64,000 nucleotides of DNA from an uncultured Actinomycetes bacterium (GCA_963722525.1 CAVRMM010000002.1:3335096-3399095); one strand, 5' to 3'. Shown: positions 28,833 to 40,148, counted from the stretch's first letter. Notes: generated by a model not told the origin, from the letters alone. Program-made: numbers and translations.

Positions 28833-29506
28833 GCGGGAGCCGACGCCAAGCGCGCCGCCGCCGAGGCCGCCGTCGCGGCCGAGGTGCGCAGCGGCATGGC
28901 GCTCGGGCTCGGCACCGGCTCGACGGCCAACTTCGTCACGATCGCGATCGGTCGTCTGCTCGTGGACGGCGAGCTCGACGGCATCGTCGCGGTGCCGACG
29001 TCGGAGGCGACGGCGGCGCTGGCGCGCGAGCACGGGGTGCCGCTGACGACGCTCGCCGAGCAGCCGCACCTGGCGGTGTGCATCGACGGAGCCGATGAGA
29101 TCAGCCCCGAGCTCGGGCTCGTGAAGGGCCTCGGCGGCGCGCTGCTGCGCGAGAAGATCGTGGCCTCGGCGGCCGACCGCTTCGTGGTCGTCGCCGACGA
29201 CTCCAAGCGGGTCGCGCGCCTGGGCGAGCGGGCGCCGGTGCCGGTCGAGGTGATCCCCTTCGGCGCCGCGGTGTGCGCCCGCGCGCTGGCGTGCGTTCGG
29301 CTGCGAGCCGGTGCTGCGGGAGGGCGTCGTGACCGACGAGGGCAACGTCATCCTCGACTGCGCGTTCGGTCCGCATCGACGACCCGCAGGCGCTGGCGAC
29401 GGCGATCCGCGCGATCCCGGGCGTGGTCGAGCACGGGCTGTTCCTCGGGATGGCGCAGGCCGCCTACGTGGCCGGCGCGGGCGGCGTCGAGATCGACCTC
29501 AGGTAG
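28829..29506 (+). pseudogene. rpiA: ribose-5-phosphate isomerase A, about three frameshifts
   Basis: [50 protein letters not shown] and VVADDSK lie in one frame. [12 protein letters not shown] and [10 protein letters not shown]...GGVEIDLR lie in two others (breaks at about 28838, 29290, 29368). Confidence 0.85.
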
Positions 29507-31221
29507 CGCGCAGGCGGGCAGTCGCCTCGGCGTCGATCGCGTAGTGCTCCGGCAGCCGCACGAGGCGATCGTCGCCGCCCGTGTAGCGGATCACGACGGA
29601 GTACTCGCGCTCCGCCGCCTCGACCGTCACGAAGCCGAGCACGACGTCGCGCAGCACGTCCTCCGCCGGTCGCGTGAGCGGCTCGCCGTAGCCGGCGCCG
29701 CCCGGGAGCCGCAGGTGCACGTGGGCGTCCAGCTCGAGCGGCACGAGCGTCTTCGCCGGCGGATGCTCGCCGCTCGCGAGCACGTACTCGCCGATCGAGC
29801 CGGGCCTGCCGCCGTCGACGCCGCGGCCGGCGAACTTGAGGCGGTCGATGATGGTCGACACGCCCCAGTAGCCGTCGCCGCGGTAGCTCGACTCGGTCTG
29901 CATGCCGAGCCCGCCCCGCCAGCGACCGGCGCCGCCGGAGTCGGCGAGCAGCTCCTTGCGGTGCATCACGAGCGGCGTGCGGGTCTCGTACACCTCGGCC
30001 GGCACGCCGGCGACGCCGCTCGGGAAGCCGTTCGTCTGCAGGCCGTCCTTCGTCGCGCGCGCGCCGGCGCCCCCGGACTGGAAGAGCGTGAACGTGAACA
30101 GGTCGTCGCGCCCCGGCCAGGTGCCCCGCCAGACGGTCAGCCAGGACGACTCCGCGCCGCCCGCCATCAGCTTGCCCGGCATCGCCTTCGCGAGCGCGCC
30201 GAAGATGGTGCACGGCAGCATGTGGCCGATCAGGTGCCGGGCGGCGACCGCTGCCGGCTCCTGGCAGTTCAGGATCGAGCCCAGCGGCGCCGTCGTGGTG
30301 ACCGGCCGGAAGGCGCCCTCGTTGTGCGGCACCTCCGGGTTCAGCGCCGCCTTGATGGCGAACGACGAGTACGCCTGCGTGTAGTTGAGCACCACGTTGA
30401 TGCCCGACGGGCTCTGGCCCGAGGAGCCGGTGTAGTCGATCCGCACCGAGTCGCCGTCGACGGTCACGGCCACGACGATGTGCACGGGGATGTCGTTGAA
30501 GCCGTCGCTCCACGTGTCGTTGGTGTACGTGCCGTCGGGCAGCGCGCAGGATGGCCTCGCGCAGCGCCTGCTCGGAGCGGCGGATGATCTCGTCCGACAG
30601 CTCCTCGCAGTCGGGCAGGTCGAACTCGTCCAAAAATCGCACGAGGTCGCGCGCGCCGACGTCGTTGCAGGCCATCTGCGCCCACAGGTCGCCGATCGTC
30701 TCGTCCGGCACGCGCACGTTCGCCCGCACCATCCGCACCAGCGTCTCGTTCGGCTCGCCGCGGCGCATGAGGTGCATGATCGGGATCCGGATGCCCTCCT
30801 CGTAGATCTCGTTCGCGCCGCCGCCGTAGACGCGGCCGCCGACGTCGGGCGAGTGGCAGCACGAGGCGAAGAAGGCGACCACGCGGCCACGGTGGAAGAC
30901 CGGCGTCACGACCGTCATGTCGTTGATCTGGCCGGCCGTCTGCCACGGGTCGTTCGTGATCAGCACGTCGCCCGGCTCGAGCGTGTCCGGCGGGTGGGCG
31001 GTCATGAAGTGCCGCATGCCGGTGGCCATCGTGTTGATGTGGCCGGGCGTGCCGGTGAGCGACTGGGCCATCATGTTCGCGTTGCGGTCGAACACGCCGC
31101 ACGCCAGGTCCTGCGACTCGCGGACGACGGTCGAGAAGGCGGTGCGCATCAGCGTCACCTGCTGCTCGTTGACGACCGAGAGGAGGCGGTTCCAGAGCAC
31201 CTCGAGGCGGAGGACGTCCAT
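29499..31221 (-). pseudogene. hyuB: hydantoinase B / oxoprolinase-family subunit, one frameshift near 30545
   Basis: The N-terminal 225 aa ([20 protein letters not shown]...[22 protein letters not shown]) and the C-terminal 345 aa (LPDGTYTND...GGAGYGEP) lie in different frames. The start overlaps the hyuA stop (TGATG). Confidence 0.85.
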
Positions 31222-33284
31222 CACGCCACCGTCACCACGAGGTTCCAGCGGTCGTCGACGACGCCGTCGCCGCCGGGGCCGATGACGAGGGTCGACTCGC
31301 GTTCCTCGACGATCGCCGGCCCCTCGATGCGCGCGCCCGGCGCGAGCCGGTAGCGGTCGTAGACCGGGGTCGCCGTGAGGCCGCCGAGCTCGGGATGCCA
31401 GGCCTGCCGCTCGCCCTTCAGCGCGGGCCCGGACTCGCCCGCCACGGCCAGCGCCACGGTCGGCCGCGGGCCGGACGACTGGACGCGCCAGGAGATCGTC
31501 TCCAGCGCGACGCCCTCGGGCCCGAGCCGGCCGTAGAGCCGCTCGTACTCGGCCTCGAACGCCGCCCGCACGACTGCGGCGTCGCGACTCGCGGGCCACT
31601 CGACGCGGATCTCGTGGCCCTGCCCGACATACCGCATGTCGGCCTCCCGCGTGTGCGTGATCTGGTCGGCGCGACGCCGGACGAGACCAGCACGTCGACG
31701 CCCTCTCGCTCCATCTCGGCCAGCAGGCCCTCGGCCGCGATCCCAGTCGAGCGTGTCGAGCGGCGCCGGCCAGGAGCGCACGAAGTCGAACGCGAGCGGC
31801 GCGACCAGGAAGCCGATGGTCGACATCACGCCGGCGCCGAACGGCACGATCAGCGTCGGCGCGCCGAGCGCGCGGGCGACGCGGTAGCCGTGCACCGGCC
31901 CGGCGCCGCCGAAGGCGAAGACCGGCAGGCCGCGCGGGTCGCGCCCGCGCTCCAGCACGTGCACGCGGGCGGCGTCGGCCATCGACTCGTTGACGATCTG
32001 GTGGATGCCCCAGGCGGCCTCCTCGACCGTCGAGGCCGAGCGGCTCGGCGACACGGTCGGCGATCGCCTCGCGCGCGCCCTCGAGGTCGAGCTCCATGCG
32101 GCCGCCGAGGAAGTACGCCGGGTCGAGGTAGCCCAGCACGAGGTCGGCGTCGGTGACCGTCGGCTCGGTGCCGCCGAGGCCGTAGCAGACCGGCCCGGGA
32201 TCGGCGCCCGCCGAGTCGGGGCCGACCTGCAGCAGGCCGAGCGAGTCGACGCGCGCGATCGAGCCGCCGCCGGCGCCGATCTCGATCATCTCGATGACGC
32301 GCGATCTTGACCGGCAGGCCGGAGCCCTTCTTGAAGCGGTAGCGCGCGGTCGACCTCGAACTCGCTCGCCGTCAGCGGCTCGCCGTCGATGATCACGGCG
32401 AACTTGGCGGTGGTGCCGCCCATGTCGAAGGAGAGCAGGTCCGAGACGCCGGCGGCGGCGCCGTAGTGGGCGGCGGCGAGCGCGCCGGCGGCCGGGCCGG
32501 ACTCCAGCAGGCGCACCGGGAAGCCGCATCGCCGTCTCGACCGTCGCGATGCCGCCGGACGACAGCATCAGGCGGAACACGCCGGCGAACCCGACCCGGG
32601 CGAGGCGCTGCTGCAGCTCGCGCAGGTACTCCTCCGTGCGGCCCTGCACGTAGACATTCACGATCGTCGTCGAGGTGCGCTCGTACTCGCGGAGCTCCGG
32701 CACGACCTCGGACGAGATCGAGATGCGCATGTCGGGCGCGACGCGCAGCACGGCCTCGCGCGCGGCCCGCTCGTCGGCGGGGTTGATGTAGGAGTGCAGG
32801 AAGGCGATCGCCATCGCCTCGACGCCGGCCTCGGCCAGCTCGCGCGCCAGCCGCTCGACGAAGTCGACGTCGAGCGCCTCGCAGCGGCGTGCCGTCGGCG
32901 AGCGTGCGCTGCGGCACGTCGAAGCGCAGGTAGCGCGGCACGATCGGGTCGGGCATCTCCAGGTCGATGTCGTACAGCTCGAAGCGGATCTCGCGGCCGA
33001 TCTCGATGCGCGTCGCGGAAGCCCGCGCGTCGCCAGCAGCGCGGTGCGGGCGCCCTTGCGCTCGATGATCGCGTTCGTGACGAGCGTCGTGCCGTGGATG
33101 ACCTGGTCGATCGACGACGGCTCGACGCGTGGCGCCCGGCCGCGTCGACGAGCACGGTTTCGACCGCGAGGGAGGGGTCGTCGGGCGTCGTCAGCGACTT
33201 CGCGACGGTGAACGCGCCCGTGGCGTCGTCCACGAGGATCAGGTCCGTGAACGTACCGCCGATGTCTGCCCCGACGCGCCGCAT
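31221..33284 (-). pseudogene. hyuA: hydantoinase A / oxoprolinase-family subunit, at least seven frameshifts
   Basis: [19 protein letters not shown] start. Further segments ([11 protein letters not shown]..., [34 protein letters not shown]) are spread over all three minus frames. Confidence 0.85.
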
Positions 33285-34069
33285 CAGAGGCCCGGGAACT
33301 TCTCGAGCCCGAAGATGTCGACGGTCGCCGAGCGCTGCTGCGCGAGCATGCCGCCGTCGGAGAAGACGATCGATCCCGTGACGTACTGGGCGTCGTCCGA
33401 GGCCAGGAAGACCGCCGGCCCCGCCATGTCCTCCGGCGAGCCGATGCGCGCCAGCGGAACGTTCGACCCGCGCTTGCGGCGCTCCTCGTCCGGCAGGCCC
33501 TTGGTGTCGATCGAGCCCGGCACCAGCGTGCAGATGCGGACGCCGTAGGGGCCGAGGTCGAGCGCCAGGGCGCGGGTGAACGCCTCGATGCCGCCCTTGG
33601 CCGCGTCGTACGCCGCGTTGCCGCGGTGCGCCTTCGAGGCGCCGCCGGACGAGAGGTTGATCATCACGCCCGACCGCTGGTCGCACATCAGCTTCGCGGC
33701 CCGCACGGCCATGTTGTACGAGCCCGTCAGGTTGACGGCGATGATCGAGTCCCACCAGTCGTCGTCCGCCTCCAGGAAGTGGCGCTCGGTGGCGGTCAGG
33801 GCCGCGTTGTTGACGAGGATGTCCAGCTTCGAGAACCGCTCGAGCGTGGCCGCGAACACGCGGTCGCAGTCGTCGCGCGAGGTGACGTCGCAGCGCACGG
33901 CGAGCGCGGCCCCGAGCGGCGCGGCGACCTCGTCGGCGGCCTCTCCGTTGACGTCGGCGATGACCACGCTGGCGCCCTCCGCGGCGTAGCGCTCGGCGAT
34001 CGCGCGGCCGATCCCGCTCGCGCCGCCGGTGACGATCGCGACCTTGCCGTTGAGCCGGCCATCAGGCAT
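33284..34069 (-). CDS. short-chain dehydrogenase/reductase (SDR)
   Basis: Intact 261-aa [17 protein letters not shown], catalytic YDAAK. The stop overlaps the hyuA start. Confidence 0.9.
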   Translation of the reverse strand: MPDGRLNGKVAIVTGGASGIGRAIAERYAAEGASVVIADVNGEAADEVAAPLGAALAVRCDVTSRDDCDRVFAATLERFSKLDILVNNAALTATERHFLEADDDWWDSIIAVNLTGSYNMAVRAAKLMCDQRSGVMINLSSGGASKAHRGNAAYDAAKGGIEAFTRALALDLGPYGVRICTLVPGSIDTKGLPDEERRKRGSNVPLARIGSPEDMAGPAVFLASDDAQYVTGSIVFSDGGMLAQQRSATVDIFGLEKFPGL

Positions 34070-35219
34070 AGCTGTTCTCCCATCTGCCGGTGAGGGCGGG
34101 ACGATCGAGCCGGAACCGGCCGATGTCGTGCGGCGTCGCGCCGTGCGTGGCCAGGTTGGCCAGGATGCGCCCGATCACGACGCCGAACTTGAAGCCGTGC
34201 CCGGAGCAGGCCGAGCCGACCACGATCTGCGGGTGGGCCGGATGGCGGTCGATGATGAAGTCCTCGTCGGGGGTCATGGTGTACCGGCACGACACGTCGG
34301 CGACCGTGCGGCCGGTGAGGCCGACGATCGTCCGCCCCACGAAGGCGTCGAGCTGGCGCCGGATGTCGGGGATGATCGAGCGGTCCTCGTCGGCCGGATC
34401 GACGGCCGGGCCGATGCGGTCGACCATGCACTTGACGCCGACCGGCGTCCCCTCGATCGGGAACGCCGAGCAGAGCGTCGTCGACCCGGGCAGCCGCGCG
34501 ATGACGAGCGGGAAGCGGCCGGGCATGAACGCCGCCGGATCGACCGGCTCGAAGAACGCGAGTTGCTCCTTGAGGATGGTCAGCGACGGCGTCAGGCCGA
34601 GTCCGGCGAGGAGCGGGCCGATCCAGGCGCCGTTCGCGAGTACGCAGGCGTCGCCGGCGACCTCGCCGGCGTCGGTCGACACGCGCACCCCGTCGCCGTC
34701 GGGTGCGACGGCCGTGACCGTGACGCCCTCGCGCAGGTCGGCGCCGGCGGCGCGCGCCTGGGTGGCGAGCCCGGCGAGGCAGCGGTCGGCGCGCAGCATC
34801 GCGTAGTCGGGCTGGTAGAAGCCGACCGCGTCGTCGGTGGGGTTCAGCTGCGGGAACCGGCGGCGGATCTCGGCGGCGTCGAGGTCGTCGTACGGCACGC
34901 CGGCGAGGGCCATGGTGATGCGCATCTCGGCGACGTACTTCGCGTCGGGCGGCCCGAAGTCGAGGCCCCCGGTCGGCACGATCAGCGTCTCGTCGAGGTC
35001 GCCGGCGAGCTCGGCCCACAGCCCGTACGACTCGCGGGCGAGCGCGATGTAGTCGGCCGACTGGTACGTGAGCCGGATGATCCGCGACGGGCCGTGCGAC
35101 GCCCCGCGGTCGTGGCCGAAGGCCCGCGCCTCGAGCACGGTCACCTGTCGGCCGTCGCGCGCGAGGTGGTAGGCGGTCGCGAGGCCCATCAGGCCGCCGC
35201 CGATGACGATGACGTGCAT
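34062..35219 (-). CDS. FAD-dependent oxidase, monomeric sarcosine oxidase / N-methyl-amino-acid oxidase-like
   Basis: ATG at 35219 (MHVIVIGGGLMGLATAYHLA dinucleotide fold). C-terminal SGHGFKF motif of the MSOX/DAO family. 8-nt overlap with the SDR gene. Confidence 0.8.
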   Translation of the reverse strand: MHVIVIGGGLMGLATAYHLARDGRQVTVLEARAFGHDRGASHGPSRIIRLTYQSADYIALARESYGLWAELAGDLDETLIVPTGGLDFGPPDAKYVAEMRITMALAGVPYDDLDAAEIRRRFPQLNPTDDAVGFYQPDYAMLRADRCLAGLATQARAAGADLREGVTVTAVAPDGDGVRVSTDAGEVAGDACVLANGAWIGPLLAGLGLTPSLTILKEQLAFFEPVDPAAFMPGRFPLVIARLPGSTTLCSAFPIEGTPVGVKCMVDRIGPAVDPADEDRSIIPDIRRQLDAFVGRTIVGLTGRTVADVSCRYTMTPDEDFIIDRHPAHPQIVVGSACSGHGFKFGVVIGRILANLATHGATPHDIGRFRLDRPALTGRWENSYA

Positions 35220-35289
35220 GACGGCAGGAAGCGTAAGCGAGCCGGCGGGGTCGCCGCGTCCCTCCATCCGGCTAGCCTCGCCATCGGAC

Positions 35290-35432
35290 CACATCGACGC
35301 GCGCCCGAACTGCAACGCACTCCCACACAACCGCAACGGTCCGCGCCAATCGCGCGATCCGCGCGGCTCCCGCGCGCCTTCCATGTTGGGGTCAGACCCC
35401 AGAAACGCCCATTTCGGGGTCAGACCCCGGCT
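35290..35432. repeat. intergenic repeat family 2, copy A (two GGGGTCAGACCCC palindromes plus ATCGCGCGATCCGCGCG module)
   Basis: Palindromes at 35388-35400 and 35416-35428. Aligns by eye with the reverse complement of 50811-50950. Confidence 0.8.
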
Positions 35433-35477
35433 CTTTCCCGCTGGCCTGGCGGGCGTGCTGGAAGAACTGCAGGCGGG

Positions 35478-36866
35478 CTAGCCGCCGACGAAGCTCGTGG
35501 GATCGAGCGCCGCCAGGCGGAGCGTGAGCGGATCGGTGCGGCTGCCGCGGTCCTCGGCGTCCTCCTTGCGGCGGAGGGCGCGCTTCACCATGTGACCGCC
35601 GATCCACGTGCCGGGCTCCGGCGGGAGGCGGCCGGCCGGCGCGCGGGCCAGCAGGGTCCGCGCCCAGTCGTCGTCGCGCCGCAGCGCCATCGACGCCAGT
35701 GCGCGGCCGGCGGTGTGCGCCGGGGCGACGCCGTTGCCGGAGAAGCCCGCGGCGACGATCACCTCGGGCGCGCCCGGCAGGCGATGCAGGAACGGGAGGC
35801 CGTCCAGCGCGTAGTCGATCGGCCCGCACCAGCTCGCCGCCGCCGGCGTCTCGGCCAGCCGCGGGTAGTTGCGGTGCAGGTGGTGCAGCACGACGTCGGC
35901 GCGGCCCGACGGCGCATCGAACTTGGGGCCGATCCGCCCCGCCAGCGCCAGCAGACCGCCGCCCTTGCCGAACACCACGCGGCCGTCGCGCGTGGGCCGG
36001 TAGTAGTTCACCAGCCGCCGCGAGTCGGACACGCACGGGCCGTCCTGCCACGTCCAGCCGATCTCCTCGAGCACGGCCTCGAGCGGCGGCGTCGCGATCA
36101 CGTCGGACGATGTCACCACCAGCGACCGCCGCACCTCGGGCAGCCGCGCCGCCCAGGCGTTCACCGCCAGCACCACCGCGCCGGCGTGCACGGTGCCGCT
36201 CGCCGTCGTCACGGTGGGCGGCGACGTCCGGCCGAGCTCCGTCATCTCGGTGCCCTCGTGGATGCGGATCCCGCGCGCCTCGGCCACCCGCGCCAGCCCG
36301 CGGGCCAGCGCGGCGGGCTGCAGGTGCGCGACGTCGGGATCGAACACGCCGGCGAGATGCTCGGCGGAGCCGGAGAGGCGCGCCACCTCCGCCGCGTCGA
36401 GCGGCTCGAGCGCCTCGCCGACGCCGGCCGCGGTGAGCGCTGCCACCGTCGCGTCCCACGCGCCGACCTGCGCCTCGCTGGTCGCCGCCCAGACCCAGCC
36501 GTTGCGCCGGTAGGCCGCGTCGATGCCGTGCTCGTCGCAGAAGCGCCCGATGGCGGACACCGACTCCGCCGCCTGCCGCGCCAGCCACACCGCGTCGGCG
36601 GTCGGCCCGAGCTTCTTCAGCGATCCGAACTTCGACCACATCGTCATGGCGAAGCCGCCGTTGCGCCCGCTCGCGCCGCCGCCGCACACGTCGGCCTCGA
36701 GCACCACGATGTCGGCCGACGGCTCGAGCTCGCGGATCTGGAGCGCCGTCCACAGGCCGGTGAACCCGCCGCCGACGACGCACACGTCGCAGCGCACGTC
36801 GCCGGCCAGCTGCGGCCGCCGGGGCACGTCGCCGAGCGCCTCGGTGAGCCAGAGCGAACGTGTCAC
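35478..36866 (-). CDS. FAD-dependent oxidoreductase (DAO family, gamma-glutamylputrescine / amine oxidase-like)
   Basis: GTG at 36866 overlaps the upstream stop (GTGA). VCVVGGGFTGLWTAL dinucleotide fold, GASGRNGG motif. Intact, about 462 aa. Confidence 0.8.
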   Translation of the reverse strand: MTRSLWLTEALGDVPRRPQLAGDVRCDVCVVGGGFTGLWTALQIRELEPSADIVVLEADVCGGGASGRNGGFAMTMWSKFGSLKKLGPTADAVWLARQAAESVSAIGRFCDEHGIDAAYRRNGWVWAATSEAQVGAWDATVAALTAAGVGEALEPLDAAEVARLSGSAEHLAGVFDPDVAHLQPAALARGLARVAEARGIRIHEGTEMTELGRTSPPTVTTASGTVHAGAVVLAVNAWAARLPEVRRSLVVTSSDVIATPPLEAVLEEIGWTWQDGPCVSDSRRLVNYYRPTRDGRVVFGKGGGLLALAGRIGPKFDAPSGRADVVLHHLHRNYPRLAETPAAASWCGPIDYALDGLPFLHRLPGAPEVIVAAGFSGNGVAPAHTAGRALASMALRRDDDWARTLLARAPAGRLPPEPGTWIGGHMVKRALRRKEDAEDRGSRTDPLTLRLAALDPTSFVGG

Positions 36867-38969
36867 GAGAGCGCCGTCCGCTCGCGCTTCCAGGGCAGCG
36901 GGGTGGCCGGGTCGGCGGTGTCGATCTCGCGCGCCAGCCGGTGCCCGTCCCAGATCGCGTCGGCGATCACCCGCGGCGCGACGCAGTCGCCGATCGCGTA
37001 GACGCCCTCCAGGCTCGCCGGGGTCGTCGGCCAGCTCGCGGAACAGCGCGTCGTCGGAGAGGCGCTGCGTCGTCAGCACGACGCCGTCGCAGGCGATCTC
37101 GAACGCGTCGCCGTAGACCGTCTTCGCCGCGCACGCCCGCGGTCGTGATCGCGTGAACGGTGTGGTCGGTGCACGAGGCGGATGCCGAGGTCGTGCAGGT
37201 GCTGGCGCAGCAGCGGGCCCTCCAGCGCCGCGTCCGACTCCGGCGGCCACCTTCTCGAGCGGCGTCACGATCGTCACCTCGCTGCCCTCGCGCGCAGCAG
37301 CTCGGCCAGGCCGGAGCCGGCGTAGTAGCCGTCGCAGTCGTAGACGACCACGGCGGCCGGGCGGGCGCTTGCCCTCGAGCATCACCTGCTCCGGCGTGAG
37401 GCAGTGCGGGACTGCGAGGCGTCGGCGCCGGCGATCGGCCCGCGCGTGACGCCGTTCAGGCCGACCGGCGACCAGCGGGAGCCGGTCGCGATCACGACCA
37501 GCTCGGCGCCGTAGTCGCGCACGGCGTCGGCGGTCAGGCGCTCGGCGGCGATGAGCTCGACCTCGACGTTCCGCAGCTTCTGCCAGCTGGATCCGCCGCC
37601 AGTCGCGCACCGGCCCCACTCGCCGCAGGCCCGGGCAGGCGGGGCACCCAGCGCATGATGCCCGCCGATCTCGCTCGGCGGCCGTCGACGAGCGTGCACG
37701 CGTCCCGACGCCGCGCTTGCCGAGCACGATCGCGCACTCCATGCCGGCCGGCCCGGCCCCGACGACGAGCACGTCGCGCTCGGGCGTTGGCCGCGCGCTG
37801 GAAGCGCTCCGGATGCCAGCCGCGGCGGTACTCCTCGCCGGCGGTCGCGTTCTGCGTGCAGCCGATGTGGCCGTGCGCAGTCGCCCTTGAGATGCAGACT
37901 GTTGCAGCCGATGCACTCGCGGATGTCGTCCGAGCCGCCCCTCGTCGATCTTCTGCGGCAGGAACGGGTCGGCGATCGACGGCCGCGCGGCGCCGATGAT
38001 GTCCCAGACGCCCGAGCGGACGATCTCGGCCATCAGGTCGGCGTTCGTGAGGCGCCCGACGCCGACGATCGGCTTCGCTCGGTCGCCTGCCGCACCTGGC
38101 CCGTCCACTCGAGCTGCCAGCCCTCGCTGGAAGAAGCGCGACGACGCCGGAGTCGACCGACCACTCGGTGATCGAGCCGACGTGGACGTCCCAGAGGTCG
38201 ACGAGGCGGTCGGCGAGGCGGATGAACTCGAGGCCCTCGTCGAGCTGCACGCCGGCCCCGCCCGCCGCGGATCGACGGCGATGCGCGCAGGCGATCGCGC
38301 AGTCGCGGCCGACGGCGTCGCGCACGGCTCGCCAGCAGTCTCGACCCAGAACCGCGCGCGGTTCTCCAGCGAGCCGCCGTACTCGTCGCGTGCGCTGGTT
38401 GTAGTACGGCGACAGGAACTGGCCCAGGCAGGTACGGTGTGCGCGCCGTAGACGTAGACGATGTCGAAGCCGGCGTCGCGCGCCCGCTCCGCGGCGCTTC
38501 ACCCAGTCGGCCTGGATGCGGCGGATGTCGGCCTTGGTCCATCGCCCGCGGCGACGAGGCCGTTGAAGTCGCTGGCGATCTGCGACGGGCCCGAGCGAGC
38601 GGCAGGCGCGACTCGCCGTTCTGCGCCGTGCACGCCGCTGTGCGACAGCTCGATGCCGGCCAGCGCGCCGTGCGGCGTGCGCCGCGCTCGCGCCGTGACG
38701 CCGAGGTGCGCGCATGTCGTCGTCGTCCCACAGCGCGGACGTGCGACGAAGGGCGTCTCGTCGGCGTCGGCGCTGAACGGACGCAGTACTCGGTGCAGAC
38801 CGCGGCCCAGCCGCCCTCGGCCTTCATCGCGCGATGGTGCGCCTGGCGACCACGGCTTCTCGACGCCGAAGCCGGTGCAGTGCGGCACCTGGTAGAAGCG
38901 GTTGCGCAGGGTCTTCGGCCCGATCTGGAGCGGCTCGAAGAGGATGTCGTGGCGCGGGTCGCGGGCCAT
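36863..38969 (-). pseudogene. trimethylamine/dimethylamine dehydrogenase-like FMN/4Fe-4S/ADP flavoprotein, many (>=10) frameshifts
   Basis: The N-terminus MARDPRHDILFEPLQIGPKTLRNRFYQVPHCTGFG closely matches the TMADH N-terminus as I recall it, including the FMN-linking Cys. IIGAARPSIADPFLPQK, IGCTQNATAGEEYRRGWHPERF, LTPEQVM and AIGDCVAPRVIADAIWDGHRLAREI are scattered over three frames. Confidence 0.8.
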
Positions 38970-39002
38970 GCCCGCGAGCGTACGGGCAGCCTGACTGGCG
39001 CG

Positions 39003-40148
39003 TCAAACGCGGGCGGGCGATGCGTCTGCAGCCCCGCCGTCCCGAGGTGTGAACGGGATCACCGCCAGCGTCACCGCCGCCGCGGACACGAACACCAGGG
39101 GCGTGGAGGCGTGGTACAGCGGCAGCCAGGCCACGGGCGCGGCCGCCGCGCCGACGAACTTCGACGCCTGGTAGGCCGAGACGACGCCCGCGCGGTTGGT
39201 GTCCGACGTCTCGACGGCAATGGTATTGAGGCCGGCCCAGAGCAGCGCCGAGGCCGCACCGCCCGCCGTCCAGGCGATCGCCAGCACCAGCGGCGTGTCG
39301 GCGAACCCCAGTGCCGCGACGAACGCCGCACCGACGATCGAGCCGATCACGGCGCCGCGGTGCGCACCGATGCGCTCGACCACGCGGCCGGCGGCGTTGC
39401 CGAGCACGAAGCCGGCGGCGCCGTAGGCGGCGAGGATCAGGCCGCGCGGGGAGGACGCGAGGTCGAACGCGTCGTCGATGCGCAGCGAGACGAGGAACGG
39501 CAGGCCGGTGAACCCGAGATAGCCGGCGCATGCCGCCGCGGTCAGGCAGGCCATCCGCCGGTTCAGCAGCGCCTTCAGGGACGCTCTCTGGCCGCTGGTG
39601 CGGACGGGGTCCTTCGGCGGCATCAGCATCAGCCCCAGCGCCACCACGGCCGGGGCGAAGAACGCGAGCCGCCACGACACCTCGGCCGCGAGGCCGCCGA
39701 GCAGCGGCGCGAACGAGATGCCGGCCGCCTGCACGCCCGCGAAGGTGCCGATCGAGCGACCGAGCCGCGCCCGCGGTACGACGTCGGCCAGCGCGGCCAT
39801 CAGCAGCGGCGTCGTGAAGGCGTTGGCGGCGCCCTGGGCGGCGCGGCCGATCAGGAACACGCCGATCGTCGGCGCCACCGCCGTCGCCACCGACGCGATC
39901 GCGTACGCCAGGTACGCGCCCTGCACGGTACGGCGCCGGCCGAGGCGCTCGCCGAGCGTGCCGCTGAACACCTGCAGCACGGCGAACGGCACCAGGTAGG
40001 CGGGCACCGCGAGCGCGATCTCGCCGGTGGTCGCGCCGAACGCCTCGCGCAGCTCCGGCACCAGCACGGCCAGCACCGCGCCGCCGAACGGACCGATGAA
40101 CCCGCCCAGGTGCAGCGGCAGCGTCGCGAAGCGCCCCGTCCCCGTCAC
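39003..40148 (-). CDS. MFS transporter (12-TMS type)
   Basis: GTG at 40148 overlaps the TetR stop (GTGA). About 381 aa, multiple TM spans, MFS loop motif GTLGERLGRRR. Confidence 0.8.
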   Translation of the reverse strand: MTGTGRFATLPLHLGGFIGPFGGAVLAVLVPELREAFGATTGEIALAVPAYLVPFAVLQVFSGTLGERLGRRRTVQGAYLAYAIASVATAVAPTIGVFLIGRAAQGAANAFTTPLLMAALADVVPRARLGRSIGTFAGVQAAGISFAPLLGGLAAEVSWRLAFFAPAVVALGLMLMPPKDPVRTSGQRASLKALLNRRMACLTAAACAGYLGFTGLPFLVSLRIDDAFDLASSPRGLILAAYGAAGFVLGNAAGRVVERIGAHRGAVIGSIVGAAFVAALGFADTPLVLAIAWTAGGAASALLWAGLNTIAVETSDTNRAGVVSAYQASKFVGAAAAPVAWLPLYHASTPLVFVSAAAVTLAVIPFTPRDGGAADASPARV

